Below are positions 1 through 11,558 of a DNA stretch of 64,000 bases, piece after piece; position 1 is the stretch's first letter, and every line of letters begins with the position of its first letter. Source of the DNA: Marsupella aquatica (lineage: Eukaryota > Plantae > Marchantiophyta); contig OZ316894.1 in assembly GCA_973895155.1 (NCBI GenBank), positions 22,938,709 to 23,002,708 of the forward strand, given 5' to 3'. The notes below the pieces were generated by a model, which saw nothing but the letters and a program-made list of their open reading frames with translations, ran no database searches and was not told the origin of the DNA. The position numbers were made by a program, and so were the translations under genes.

Positions 1-2964
1 GGAGAAAGAAAAGAAATCGGCATCGGCAACAACAACAACGGCAACGGCAACAATGCAGGACACTACTACAGAGGTAGGCCTACACCGGCTCACAAGAGAA
101 AACCCCTTTGCTGGAGACAAGGAGAGAATCAGGCCGGAATCCAAGCCAGGTGTTCGAATGTATGTAGGAATCTCAAGCTCCGAATCTGAGGCAGAATTGC
201 CTGAAGCTCCTACCGACGAAGAGGAGAGGGAGAAGCCGGACGTCCAAGAAGTAGAGGAGGCAGTGGAGGACTGCAGCCATGATAATTCCGACTATGGGTC
301 GGACCATCACGTTCCAGGAGTAAGGACCTGTGGCCGGTTTGTCCCCACATTTCCAAGGGTAGTGCGAGGGGACCCCAACCAGCAGAGTAGCCCTGAGTCT
401 CCCCCACCTGATGTTGCTCCCCCGAGCTTTGACGGCATAAAACAGACGGTGCAGGAATTTCAGGAGCGAATCAGGCAGGAAGAGGAGGCAGCCCTGGCTA
501 GGGAAAAGGATTTACCAGGAGGAGATTGGCCGGAGGACATCAAGCGGCTAGCCGAAAAAGGAAGCAAACCTCTAGCCATGATTGAAGAGATCCGCAAGAC
601 GGCTTGGGAGCAGAGGCCGCGATGGGCGATGCCGATCACTTCTACTTACTCCACCTACGCTAAGAATAGAGCCATGGAGTATGGTGAGATGTGTGGGGAA
701 CTTGCGCTCGGCATCTTTGGAGAGGAGTTGGAGGTAGGACCCTTTTTCCATAGGGAGCAGTTGGAGAAGCACCAATTAGAAGAAGCGGTGGCTTTAGAGA
801 GAAGCAAGAAGGACGAGGTCATTCGGCGGCTTAGGAGGATGGAAGCCGAGATTGAAGATCTAAGGGCGGCCAAGAAAGCCCAAGATGAACTGCGGATTAA
901 ACGGCATGAGTTGAACATCATGCAGGGGCAGTTGGACACCGTGTAGGCTGATAATCAGAATATCAAGGATAAACTGACTCAGACGCAGGGAGAGTTGGCC
1001 GACACGATCAAAGAGAGGGAGAAGTGGAAGCGAGAGCTGAAGAATATAGAGGAGGCCCACATAACAGCCAACAGCCGGGCCATGGCGGAGACCCAAAGAA
1101 AGGAATGGGCGTTGAAGGGGGAGCTCGAGAAAATCCGCGGAGCCCTTGAGCAGAAGGAGGCCGAGTTAGGGAAATCCTATCAAGGGATTATGGCGTTGCA
1201 GCAGGAGCTTGCGTCCCTGACGGCCAGCTTCAAGGCCGACCTAAGGGAGAAGGACGAGATGCTCGATCAGACTTACGCCAAGATGAACCAGATGGAGTCT
1301 ATCATCATTGCAGAGCTCGACAAGGAGCTAAGAGCAACCCGGGAGGAGAGGACTACCTTGAAACAAGAACGGGAGGAAGCCTAGAAGGAACTAGAGGAGG
1401 CGCGCAAGGACCTGGATGAGACCCAGGAGGAGTTGGAGGAAATCACGAGGAAGATGGAGAACCTCCAGCGGCGGGCCGACAACCAAACGGAGCGGCTGAA
1501 GAAACAAGCCACAGTATTTAAGTGCTTGTCTTCATCAGGCCCAACTCCAATTGGGGCAACCAAGTTACCAGGAGTGGTACTGGCCGAAGAAAAAGCCGCG
1601 CCACCTGCACCAGTGCCGGAAGTAAGTGGGAAGGGGAAGGGACTAGCTGCCGAACCAGAAAAGAAGAAGAAGCGGAAACCTTCAGGGTCAAGGAGTAATC
1701 CGACTCCACAAGCCGTGGTGACCAAGGAGGTAGAACCAGCACCATCCTCCGGCATGAATACGGCAATAGATCCCGCTGTTATCACAGGTGGGGGTGGTGC
1801 GGCCCAAGCCGAACTACTCAGTAATGAGGCCGGTATTCCAGATCCGCCTCTTGAGCAGGCCGGGGAGACCGTAGCCGAGGTTGAGGCCGTAACCGATTCC
1901 CGAGCCGATGCCGACGCCGATGGTGGACCCAGTCAGGCCGATGGAGAGTTGACTCAGTCAAAGGCAGGTAATCTGTCAGAGAATGAACCTACGGCAGTGG
2001 CTGAGGAGGAAGCGTTGGGGGCGTCCATTAAGGATCCACCACCGGTGTCGTGACGGTGCAAGGGCGCCGTTCCTTTTAGGGAGGGCGGACGTGGAGGGAG
2101 GAGGCGTGAGTGGGCAGGGCGGGCGCTGATCTCCAAGTTTAGGATTAGGATCAGGACCAGGAGCGGCCCTGACACTTAGCTTAGTGGGATTGCGGTTCCA
2201 CTGGTAGGAGCAACACTTGTGCTCCTGCCTTGCTGTACATAGGTAGATTCGGGCAAGTAGATTACTGTTAAGTAGATTAGGCTTACGATGCAAAGAATGG
2301 CGGATCCACTACCAGGATAAGTACCTGGGCAGCGGGGAGCTCAGGGCCTCTTCTTTAGCAAGTTTTTAGTTTGCACCAGCCGGGCTGGGATCAAGTAGTA
2401 CGAGAAGCTCTCGGTTAGTCATACAGTGACCCTTGTGTATATTCATGTTTCCTCATGCCTAAGAGCTGAATAGAGTTGGCCTCATGGCTTAGTTCGCAGA
2501 GCTTGTGTATGAGATGTACTATTTGTATGGCAAGTGCATGGTATGACTCAGTCAGAATGAGTCATTTTGCTATTTGTGTGTCGCATTAACTTGTGTGAAG
2601 AGTGCCCACATCAACCAGAAGGAAGGAAAGTAAGCAGGGGAGTGAGTGTTGGATGTGTCGAGCTGAGAGAGGTCTTAGCGGCTTAACCAAGCCTATTGGG
2701 GATCATTCCGGCGGCGGAATCCAAACATACCTAACAAGACGGAGGGGAAGACAGGGGAAGGCCTAGATTAGGCCGGCTACGTATCTCATGACCCGATGAA
2801 GGATCTGTCCAGTATATGTGTGTAAAATGTTAATAGTAGTAGTAGAAGGTTAGCAGCGTCCCATGCCACTAAGCCGTGGAAACGGCCTTGCCAAGCGCGA
2901 AACCTGCGGGAATCGGCTTGAGCTGGGGGTTTCTTGGGTTTAGGGAGCCATGGGACGCACCACA
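1..2964 (+). mobile_element. Element A: 3' part of a ~4.6-kb gene-bearing LTR/solo-LTR-like unit (start outside window)
   Basis: Colinear with ~58770-61669 (element B). Homology ends at GGGACGCACCACA (2964 / 61669). No PBS follows. Confidence 0.85.
53..2053 (+). pseudogene. C-terminal two-thirds of the long coiled-coil protein of the A/B/C family, with two in-frame TAG stops (944, 1382)
   Basis: ORFs 53-946, 995-1384 and 1433-2053 are in one frame and match the uninterrupted ORF 58398-60773. The stop at 944 is CAG in copy B. Confidence 0.85.
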
Positions 2965-3136
2965 GCTCGCCCGCTTGCCAAATCCTGCCGAATAGCAGCC
3001 AAGCCGCGTTCAGCCTCCCAAGGGAGCTTGCGTTGGGGAGGCAAGGCCAAGTAGGTATGGAGGCTGAGTCCCAAGGGCGCTCGGTCCCTAGACCATCAGT
3101 GGGCGAACCGGGAGACGGTGTTAGAGTCGGGGCCGT
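2965..3136 (+). mobile_element. Fragment of the 5' LTR of host gypsy element K (continues at 41727)
   Basis: Joined to 41727-42222 by the CCGT TSD of E1. That segment ends at a tRNA-iMet PBS. Confidence 0.65.
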
Positions 3137-4495
3137 TGTCCTGGGAATAGTGAGCTCTCAAGATAACGTCGGGTGCCTGGCTGCATGTGCTAATTATGCT
3201 ACTTATCACTTGTAAGAGACCTCATGCTTAGAACCAATTCCCTTGAGAGCCTTGTCCCCTCCCGGCCATTTCTCAAGTTCCTTGGGTTCCCCTGTGCCTC
3301 TTGCGGTTTTCTCCAGATAAATTGGGTGGGAAGGGCATACCCTTTTCCGCAAGGACTCCTAAGCACTTTTGGTACCAAGAGATTTGTGTGATCTACTCCA
3401 GATAATGGCAATAACACCAGAGTAGTCGAGGCCAGGCCCACACTCCACAAATCTCTCCTTCAAGTGATAATCTTCTCTATTTACTTCTATCAACTCTCGG
3501 CTATGATCTCTCTTCTATTACACTATTATGAATACACTCACATCCCCATCTGTGCATCTATATAGTATTAATGGATCCGACGACGCGATAATTGCAGTGT
3601 ATCCTTCTTCCCCAAACTTCTGTGTAAGAACCTGCCTAATATCTACCTTCCTCTTTACTATCAACTTAATGCTCATCGTAGAACACAAATTCAGAATCTA
3701 TGGACTCTCATTCAAATCAATATTGACATTCATACTTCCTATTATGCTTACTAACTAAGAGAGGTTCAGTGGCAGAGCCGTCCCTACTTGATCACAGGTT
3801 CATGGACATTATATCTATGGTATTGGCGGCATAGCCGACCTTGCCAGATTCAAAGCTCCATCTTCAAGGTACTCGAGTGGTGGCAGTGCCTTCCATGACC
3901 AAGAATCAAGAAACTTAGAACCTTTCCACCATAGAAACCGATGGCATAGCCATTCCGTTAGTCCTAGAACCAATGTTCAAGCATTCCTTCAATGCAAATG
4001 CACACAATATGCGCTCTATGCACTCTCTATCCTCGCACTCATACACTTGAAATGCTGAAAAAATGGACTCCTTGGGAGGACGAACCTCCCTCTTATTTAT
4101 AGTTGGAGCCAGGCTACGCTGGTCCCTTTACAAGAGTATCCCAGAAGATACTAGAATTAACTAGAACTTATTAGAACTTACTTTTTACCACGGTAAATTC
4201 TAGAACTCACTTTTTACCATGGTAAATTCTAGAACTTACCGGAATTTACCTTTTTACTATGGTAAATACAAGAAATTACTATTTACTAAGGTAGATTCTA
4301 GAAGTTATTGGAATTACCTTTTTACTATGGTATATACAAGAAATTACTATTTATTAAGGTAGATCTTGAAAATAACCAAGACTTATAATTTTACTTGGTA
4401 AAACCCAAAATCTCATTTTTACCACAAAAACCTCTACTTTTATATTTTCACACAAAACTAAGCTATTCTCCATATAATCTAATTCCCTTACGACA
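3137..4495 (-). repeat. E1 3' LTR (1,359 bp), with internal TAGAACTTAC/TTTTTACCATGGTAAAT-type tandem repeats at ~4150-4400
   Basis: Direct repeat of 40360-41722 with about 27 substitutions (manual count, ~2%) plus a few small indels. Confidence 0.95.
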
Positions 4496-4507
4496 TTCAC
4501 CCCCACT
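4496..4507 (-). promoter_or_regulatory. E1 polypurine tract (AGTGGGGGTGAA)
   Basis: Purine-rich run immediately before the 3' LTR on the minus strand. Confidence 0.8.
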
Positions 4508-5570
4508 GAATCTGTGCAGCCTCCGGTCTGCACCAACCTTCGTTTTCCTCATATTCTTCCAAGTTATCTAGGGCCTCATTTCCTCCAAACCTATTCCTTT
4601 GTTTGAAAAGCTTGACTCGTTTCCCTGCATAAGGTGTACGATGCTCTGTTCCATCCAACTCTCGAATGCTGTAAGTCGCATTGTCAAGAACCTTAGTCAC
4701 CACATAAGGTCCTCCCCACCTCCTTGCAAACTTCTTAAGTGCCGAATGTTGATTATCCAAATTGTTGTCTGAAATCAACACCCAATCACCTTCGTGGATG
4801 GGAATTGGTCGGAGTCGATGGGTTTTGTCAAAGCGAATCTTGTTCTTCAAGCGCACCTCTGTCACCCTCTCCCTTGCAAGCTTTATCGTTTCTGGCTTAA
4901 GACTGAAGTGCTCGATCCTTCTTGCAATCAACTCTTCAGTGGAGACCAGATCTCTCCATTCTATGGTGCGCCAACTACAGACATCTTCCTCAGTTAGCAT
5001 GAGTGGTAGATGCCCTGAAACTAGCTCGACTGGTGGAAACCCAGTGACCGAACTACAAGTGATTATATCAGCCATGAGTGCCAAAGGTAGCAACTTAGGC
5101 CATAGTGAAGGCTTACCATGACACGCTTTCACTAATGCATTGACAATAGGTGGATGTCCTCTTTCACTTTTGCCATTTGCCTCTGGATTGTAAGCTGTGG
5201 TTAGCTTGAGGCGAATATGAAATTTCTGGAAGAACTCTCTTGCCTCATCGGAATCTAACTCTCCACGATCTGCTCGCATTTGGTAGAAGCAGCCATGTCT
5301 AGAAATGATATCCTCTAAGATGAATCGACAAACTTGTGAAGTTGTGTTTGATGTCAATGCTCTTCCCTCCACATATGACGACAAGTCTTCCCTAGCTAGA
5401 ACTAGGAACTTGGCTCCACGAACTCCCAATGGCATATGAACCAGATCAAGCACCCATTGAAAGTGAAGTGATAATGGACGAGTTGGCCTTAACCCATCAC
5501 GATGCCAAATTTTGGAGTAGACTTGACAAATTTCACAAGTCTCTACATACCTTCGCACATCCGTATAGAC
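4497..5570 (-). pseudogene. pol: E1 integrase, C-terminal part (CxxC plus DDE core)
   Basis: Motifs VETCEICQ, WVLDLVHM, MRADRGE, TTAYNPEANGKSER, WGGPY. Joins ...WWSGVY at 31105-31114 once the MULE is removed. Confidence 0.92.
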
Positions 5571-5628
5571 GAGGTGTTTACAAAAGACAGTAAACAGCAA
5601 ACAGAAAACTATAATAGGAACTGGTAAC

Positions 5629-8600
5629 TGTGAGTATTGGGTAATACCGAAAACCTGAAATTACTGAAAAATTTAAACTTTTTACAGTGTTTAAGCCTGC
5701 TGTTGCTGTTAAAATGTCAAGTGTAAACTACGGGTATACTTTATAACGGGATTACGCATTTACGTGAATAAACGTTACGGGTTTATGGGTTTACGGGTTT
5801 ACACCAATACGGGGTTACGGCCTACACCTTACGCGTTTAAGAAAAGTGTACGTTACGGCGCTACGGCTAACTTCTCAACGGGACTTAGAAACGGATTGGG
5901 GACTTCATACCTTGATAGGAATCAAGTAGAGAGTTCAGGCGCTCACTCCTGTATTTTCACCACCCCTATTCACTTGCTCTTTCTCTTCGAAAGCAACCTT
6001 TGCAGCACGCAAATCACCGTCGCAGCTATGGCGAACCTGGGTGCTGAGGAACAGTATCAAATTGAAGCTCTAGCAGTCTCAAAAGTAGTGGCAGCTCGTA
6101 TACCACGAGCTCCTGATAGTCTTTCTAATCTACAAGACTCTTTACAGCACTTAGGATTGAAGCGCTTGCTCAGGATCCCCTGGAATGTCGAGCTCGACTC
6201 CTACCTCCAGGATTTTGTGAAGGGGACTATCATCCCGATTGAATTCAGGCGAACGATTCGAGCTCGCCCCAGCCTGTGGACTGTTGAGCAAATTGCTTAC
6301 GCCTTTGGATGCCCGTCAGAAGGAGAGGCGTTATGTTCCAAGAAGCAGGACTTATCTGCTCCATACTTCTCAGGAACTCGGAATGTCAAGAATGGTTGGA
6401 ACTTGTCCCAGTGTACTTATCCTGAATTGAGAGTGCTCATGGAATTTTTGGTACCCATTCTTCATCCGAAAAAGCCAACTCTCTGTCCTGTGGCCTTGGC
6501 TAACACCATTGTAGCTGCTCACAGTGGAGCGATAAAAGTAAATTGGGCCCTACTTTTGTTTAATGTAATGAAGGATCAAGTAAGGAGCTTGGAAGCAGGG
6601 AGGACCACTCGCTTACAGAATTATCTCTCGCAGCTCTATTATACCCATGACTGTTTATATCTGGAGGAAGAGACAGAGAGGGGGTTACTCCTGATTGACT
6701 TGGGTATTGAAGAAGAAATTCCTATGGAGGACATTGTACATGTCACCCCATTGAATTCGAATGATCAGAACGTTGAGGAGAATGCTGATGTTCCTATGGA
6801 GGATGCTTCATTAGAAGTTCCTACACATTCTCCTATGCATAATAGGGAAGTTGTTTGCCAATCAATAAGTAATGAGAATTTCCCTAGCCGGACTACGAAT
6901 GCAGACCCACTAGAAGCTGAAGAAGTAAGGAGCATTCATCAACAAGACGATGTTGCTACACCAACTACCGCTGTCATCCTAAGGACCAGCTCGTCCACTC
7001 CTTCGAAGGCAGAGTCGAATCAGTAGCTTATTGATAAGTTGATATCTCTCCTCAGTTGCAGTGATGATGGACTATATGATGCTGTTAATAATTTGAGAAT
7101 GGAGGTTGTTAGTTTGGGATCACCATTTCATGATCAGCTAAGCCCTGTCAGAATAACCTCTCCCCCAAGAGAACCAGCACCAATGGAGTTTGTGATCTGT
7201 ACTCCTGTCACTGTACAACCCCCTCCCTTAGAAACAAGCAAACCTGTTCCACTAGCAGATAGTACCAGCTATGTGGCCATTGTGGATGACTTGTTAGAAC
7301 TACTACAGTGTGAACCACCACAGATAGCATCTGTGGTCCGCAACTTGATCCAACAATGTCCAACTGCTAGTCCTACTCCTAGCCCAGGTTCGCAACCTTA
7401 CAGCCCTGATTCTAACTACGAACCCACAGAAGGACCCACCTACAATCAGTCACAATATGAGCACCCTTATGACAAAGAAGATCTACCTGAAGACTCTGAT
7501 CCACCCTCAGACGGTGAAACTTATAGATCTTATGATAATTCTCTCGAGTCATCCCCAAGACAGGGATTTGAAGATGTTGATACTGCCTTAAGATCCAATC
7601 CAAACTTAGTAGCAGTTGTCACTTCATCTACTCAAACACCTCGGAATGCCACCATCGAGAGTAGATACCCGAGACATCCAGAGTCCCAAGTGCACAGGTA
7701 TGTGGAGACCTGTAAGATTATGCAGGCCAACAGACCACCGTTTGGAGAGTTCTGGAAATACTACTATCTCAAGAAGACAGAGGCCAGTTATATCTTTGAC
7801 CTCAGGTGTTTTGGAACTTCCAGACTGGAGATGGCACAATTTGATGAGTTTTGGACTGACTCTCTCTACTTCCGACCCATTCTTGCTGTAATGCTACTTC
7901 AGGGTGATGTAGAGGTGGAGGATCCAGATTTAGTTCTGGCATATTTTGGAAATTTGGCAGCTTATGCCCTAGATTTTGTGGTTTCTTTTCTCATGCAGAG
8001 TAAGAAATCTACTTCTCCCCAGAACGCTTACCTTCCTCGAGAGCCCAAGGTTACCCTTGTTTCAACCAGTTCATTAGCTGAGAAACAGAGAATCTGGAAC
8101 AATGTCACCTCTCAAACTCTAGCCAACTTCAACCGGTATTTCAGAGATGTCAAATGGAGGCTTCACCCTTTCTATTCCAGGATGCTGAACTCTGATGAAT
8201 TTCTATACCATTATCCCCAAGTGTATGCTGCTACTTGCAATAATTATGACGTGATTGGGATATATAGAGAAGCTCTTCGAGTAGACATATGTTATCTAAG
8301 GAGAAGAATGCCCCTGATGTATCCTGAGAGACAACTGAGGTGCCTACCATACTCCAGAGGATCCCCACACCAGACTGAACTGATGGAAGTTACTCAAGCT
8401 CGGACTGTTACTCTCGTGGAGCTACTCGAACCAGAAGACATCCGACAACAAGCTTGAGGAGTAGTCTAAGTCTTTTTAGTTAGTTTTAAGAGTAGTGCAT
8501 CTTTCCCTATTTTTCAAAATGTGTTATAGAGCTTTAAAAGCTATGAAACTTATTTAGTGTGTAGTCTGAACCTAGGAAAACTCACTGGCAAAATTTCAGA

Positions 8601-9652
8601 GTTTTCCGGGCCAAAAGTAGAAAGTTAAAAATAGTTGAATTCGTTAAGTCTTTAAGTCTACCGCATTCATCGGATTACGCCTTCACGTTTTTATGCTTTT
8701 ACGCGATTACGTCTTTACGCTTTTACGCTTTTACGGGTTCTTACTTAGCCATTTCCCGGCTTTTCACTTACTGAATTGCTATTTTGACTTTTTGAGGAGT
8801 ATGAAGAGGCATGTCTCTTCGACCCTATGACCTCTTACTCTGTAGGTTTTTACTATAAGACCCCTCCACCGCTAGTGTAGTTGATGGTAAAGTCTAGCAA
8901 TTTTTGTCTTTCCTTGGTGTTCTGCCAGTTGATCATGAATGTTAAGAGTTCGAGATCAAGCTTGACACCAGGAGAAGACTTTCCTCCTTCTTGTGGTTTA
9001 ATTCTTTGAATAAATCATAGGAAGAAAAATTCCTTTTGTGCAAATCTTTTGAGTTGTGATGATAGATTCCTTTTTGGTGATTCATTACAATCTCTTGAGT
9101 TCTTAAAGTTAACTCATTGAGTTTGTGTCTCATTGAAATTGATGGATTTTCTTTCGTTTTGCTCAGTACCATCTAAATGTTGAAGTAGCTACCTTTTAGA
9201 TCTTATCTGAGTACCACTTAGAAAGAAAGGATAAGACATGTTGACGGCATTTTAAAAGGTACTCTAGTAAGCAGTTTAGATCTGAAAAGCAATATGGATT
9301 TGAATCCTTAAGTCTTTTCATTTTGACTTATGTCTAAGGAGTAACCTTGGTCTATTCCAGACTCCCTTAGCATACTTTAAGATATTTTCCCTTGTGTTTT
9401 GTTAATCATTCCCTTTTCATTAATTTATGTTTACATGATGCTGAGTTATCATTAAAAACTACTCACCGCTGTGGAGCGATCTTCAAAATACCTTATTAAA
9501 GTAATCAAACTTGATTACTATGTGTGGAAAACATTTTTAGTTCTTTATTATTGTTTAAATCTATCAAACCAACCCCATCTTGTTCTTTACGGGAACGAAT
9601 ACCGAGTTTGAAGACCTTTAAGTGTGTTTTTGGTTCTTCATAGCAAACTACA
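5629..9652 (+). repeat. G 5' LTR, 4,024 bp, containing a long ORF
   Basis: Starts at the TSD-defined TG and ends ...CAAACTACA just before the PBS. Its last 61 bp recur at 14107-14167. Confidence 0.88.
6028..8457 (+). pseudogene. LTR-encoded protein of unknown function (~810 codons, one in-frame TAG at 7024)
   Basis: ORFs 5764-7026 and 7039-8457 are in frame. Homologous end to end with the H ORF (EFL.PILHP; EFW.YY.KK; LAYFGNL; QRIWNN.TSQ). Confidence 0.85.
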
Positions 9653-9661
9653 TGAGATTTT

Positions 9662-9679
9662 TGGCGCCGCTGCCGGGGA
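9662..9679 (+). promoter_or_regulatory. G primer-binding site TGGCGCCGCTGCCGGGGA (tRNA-Asp type, as in Athila)
   Basis: Lies 9 nt after the LTR end and matches the known Athila-type PBS pattern. Confidence 0.88.
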
Positions 9680-9957
9680 ACAAATCAAGGAAGGTTTGAA
9701 GTACAGGCAGTGAATGCCAAAAGAAGGTTTTAATTCAGTAAAATAAGGGTGATTGCCACTATGGAACCTATTGGAGAATGGGCAATTCCAGGCTAGAAAT
9801 TCGACCTTATACAGTGGAAAATGCACCAGAGGCATTTAGAGAGAGAGTTGGAGGAGAAAATCCTGCCACAATTTTGGAAAGAAAGAGGAAAGCTAAGGCC
9901 AAGAAGGAAAGATTAAGTGGTGCTTAGTAAGGGAATTCTTTTTTTTAGAGAAAGATA

Positions 9958-10818
9958 ATGGTAAAAAAGAACAGGCCTCAGAAAAGAGAGAGAGCCTTGA
10001 TTAGGTCTAGGGATAATCAAACACACACGATTATCAGTGCCACTGCACGAGATAGAGCAACTATTTTGAGAAGGCAAGCGTCCAACCAAGGAGGGGGAAG
10101 CTACTTCTGGGGTGGCGAATTGGTGAAGGTTGACTCATGGGACACCAATTTTTTGTATGATTGTGTATTGGTTTTCAGAAGAGCCATAGATGGAAGACTG
10201 GAATTGATTGAAGCCACTCAAGATGATGAATTTGATGCCAATTTTATTTCCCCATTACTAAAAGAATATGACATTAAGGAGGAAATATTGGAGAAGGAAC
10301 TTGAGTATCAATTAAGGAAAGCATTGGCACGTTTAAAAGGGGATCCCTTATGGAGGAACCAACTTGATTATGTTTTAACAGAGTTTTATCAAGATAATCC
10401 CAATTTAATACTTCGGGAGGAAAGACCGGTTATGACCTCCAATAGAAGGGAGCTGGTTGACACTTGTAAATGGCATGCCAGAAGTGGATGGGCTTTGTTA
10501 AAATGGAGGGATTTAAGTACAGAAAGAGTATCCTTTAAATGGACCTCCACCCTCCCTCAATGTTCTAAATTGACTGATGTAATAGTCTTTAAGAGAGTTT
10601 GGATTGATGATGAGGAATATAAGTTGCAGCCCATTAAGGAAGAACATGATTTAGAATTTGTAATAAGCAAGAATGGTCAAATTAGTAACTGGGTTACTAG
10701 AGAAGAAGAGCTGAGAATCAAGGAGGTGCTGGAAAAATTACACATTGTTGAACACCCTTGGGTGGATGCCCTGGACACTCTAGAAAATTTGTTGAATAAC
10801 TACCGGACCTCGGCATAA
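9958..10818 (+). CDS. Extra 5' ORF (286 aa) upstream of G gag; unknown function
   Basis: Uninterrupted ATG-initiated ORF between PBS and gag, with an apparent internal duplication (D.VLVFRR...LELI / DVIVFKRV...YKLQ). Confidence 0.65.
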   Translation: MVKKNRPQKRERALIRSRDNQTHTIISATARDRATILRRQASNQGGGSYFWGGELVKVDSWDTNFLYDCVLVFRRAIDGRLELIEATQDDEFDANFISPLLKEYDIKEEILEKELEYQLRKALARLKGDPLWRNQLDYVLTEFYQDNPNLILREERPVMTSNRRELVDTCKWHARSGWALLKWRDLSTERVSFKWTSTLPQCSKLTDVIVFKRVWIDDEEYKLQPIKEEHDLEFVISKNGQISNWVTREEELRIKEVLEKLHIVEHPWVDALDTLENLLNNYRTSA

Positions 10819-11558
10819 AAGAGGACAACAGAAGGGGGGATTTCCCCAAATTAAAACCTTGATTCTAACTTTGAATAAGCAATGTGGCAAAATAATTGAA
10901 ATGCCTCCGATCAGGTCTTTAGGCACTTTGAGAGTAAGGAATTTGCATAAATGGTATGTTCAAACATGGGTACTGTCCCTAAAAGGAAGGAGGGGTATTC
11001 ATTGGTTAAGTATTACCTGGTGGGAAGGAGGAGTTTTGCATCTGGTTATTTTAAAGTTAAATGGTAGAGTTACTGGAGAGGAGTATATCCTTATCTCCAT
11101 ACAAGAATTAGCTAGAATAATATTGCAAAATCAAAATAGAAGACTCAGATAAGGAAGGACGAGCCAAAGTTGGTTGTAAACCAATCAGGGGAGAGACACT
11201 TTCCAAGGGGCACCACCGTAATGTGAGGAGATGCCATTACAGGTCAAACATTACGGGTTTACGACTCTACAATTTTACGGAGTTATGACTTTATGTTTAC
11301 GCCTTTACGCCTTTACGACTTTACGTCTCTACGACTTTACGTGTTTACGAGTTGACGAGTTGACGGGTTGACGTTTTTGAGGTTGAGGAGTCACGAGTCA
11401 AGGTTGCGTCTCTTCGACTCGCGACTGAGTCTTTTGACTGTTCGGACATACCGCCCATAAGACCCCAGCGGAAAAGGCACGATACCAAGGGACGCGATTG
11501 TTCCTGCTAGAAGAGACGGTTCAAGAAAGACTAAGGGTCAACCCGACACCATAAACTT

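Noticed and set aside
1800-1945. GCCG(A)-rich cluster near the 3' end of the A/B/C ORFs as a third motif array
   Set aside because: Lies in coding sequence and is explainable by Ala-Glu/Ala-Asp codons; needs a codon-controlled test.
3199-3758. Short ORFs duplicated at 40422-40981
   Set aside because: Duplicated only because they lie in E1's LTRs; no coding signature.
5624-5628. Same TSD GTAAC for G and C as a shared target preference
   Set aside because: Different families, and their relatives H (AAGTG) and B (GTGCT) differ; chance is sufficient.
9662-9679. tRNA genes at PBS sites
   Set aside because: Only 12-18-nt complements of tRNA 3' ends; no cloverleaf.
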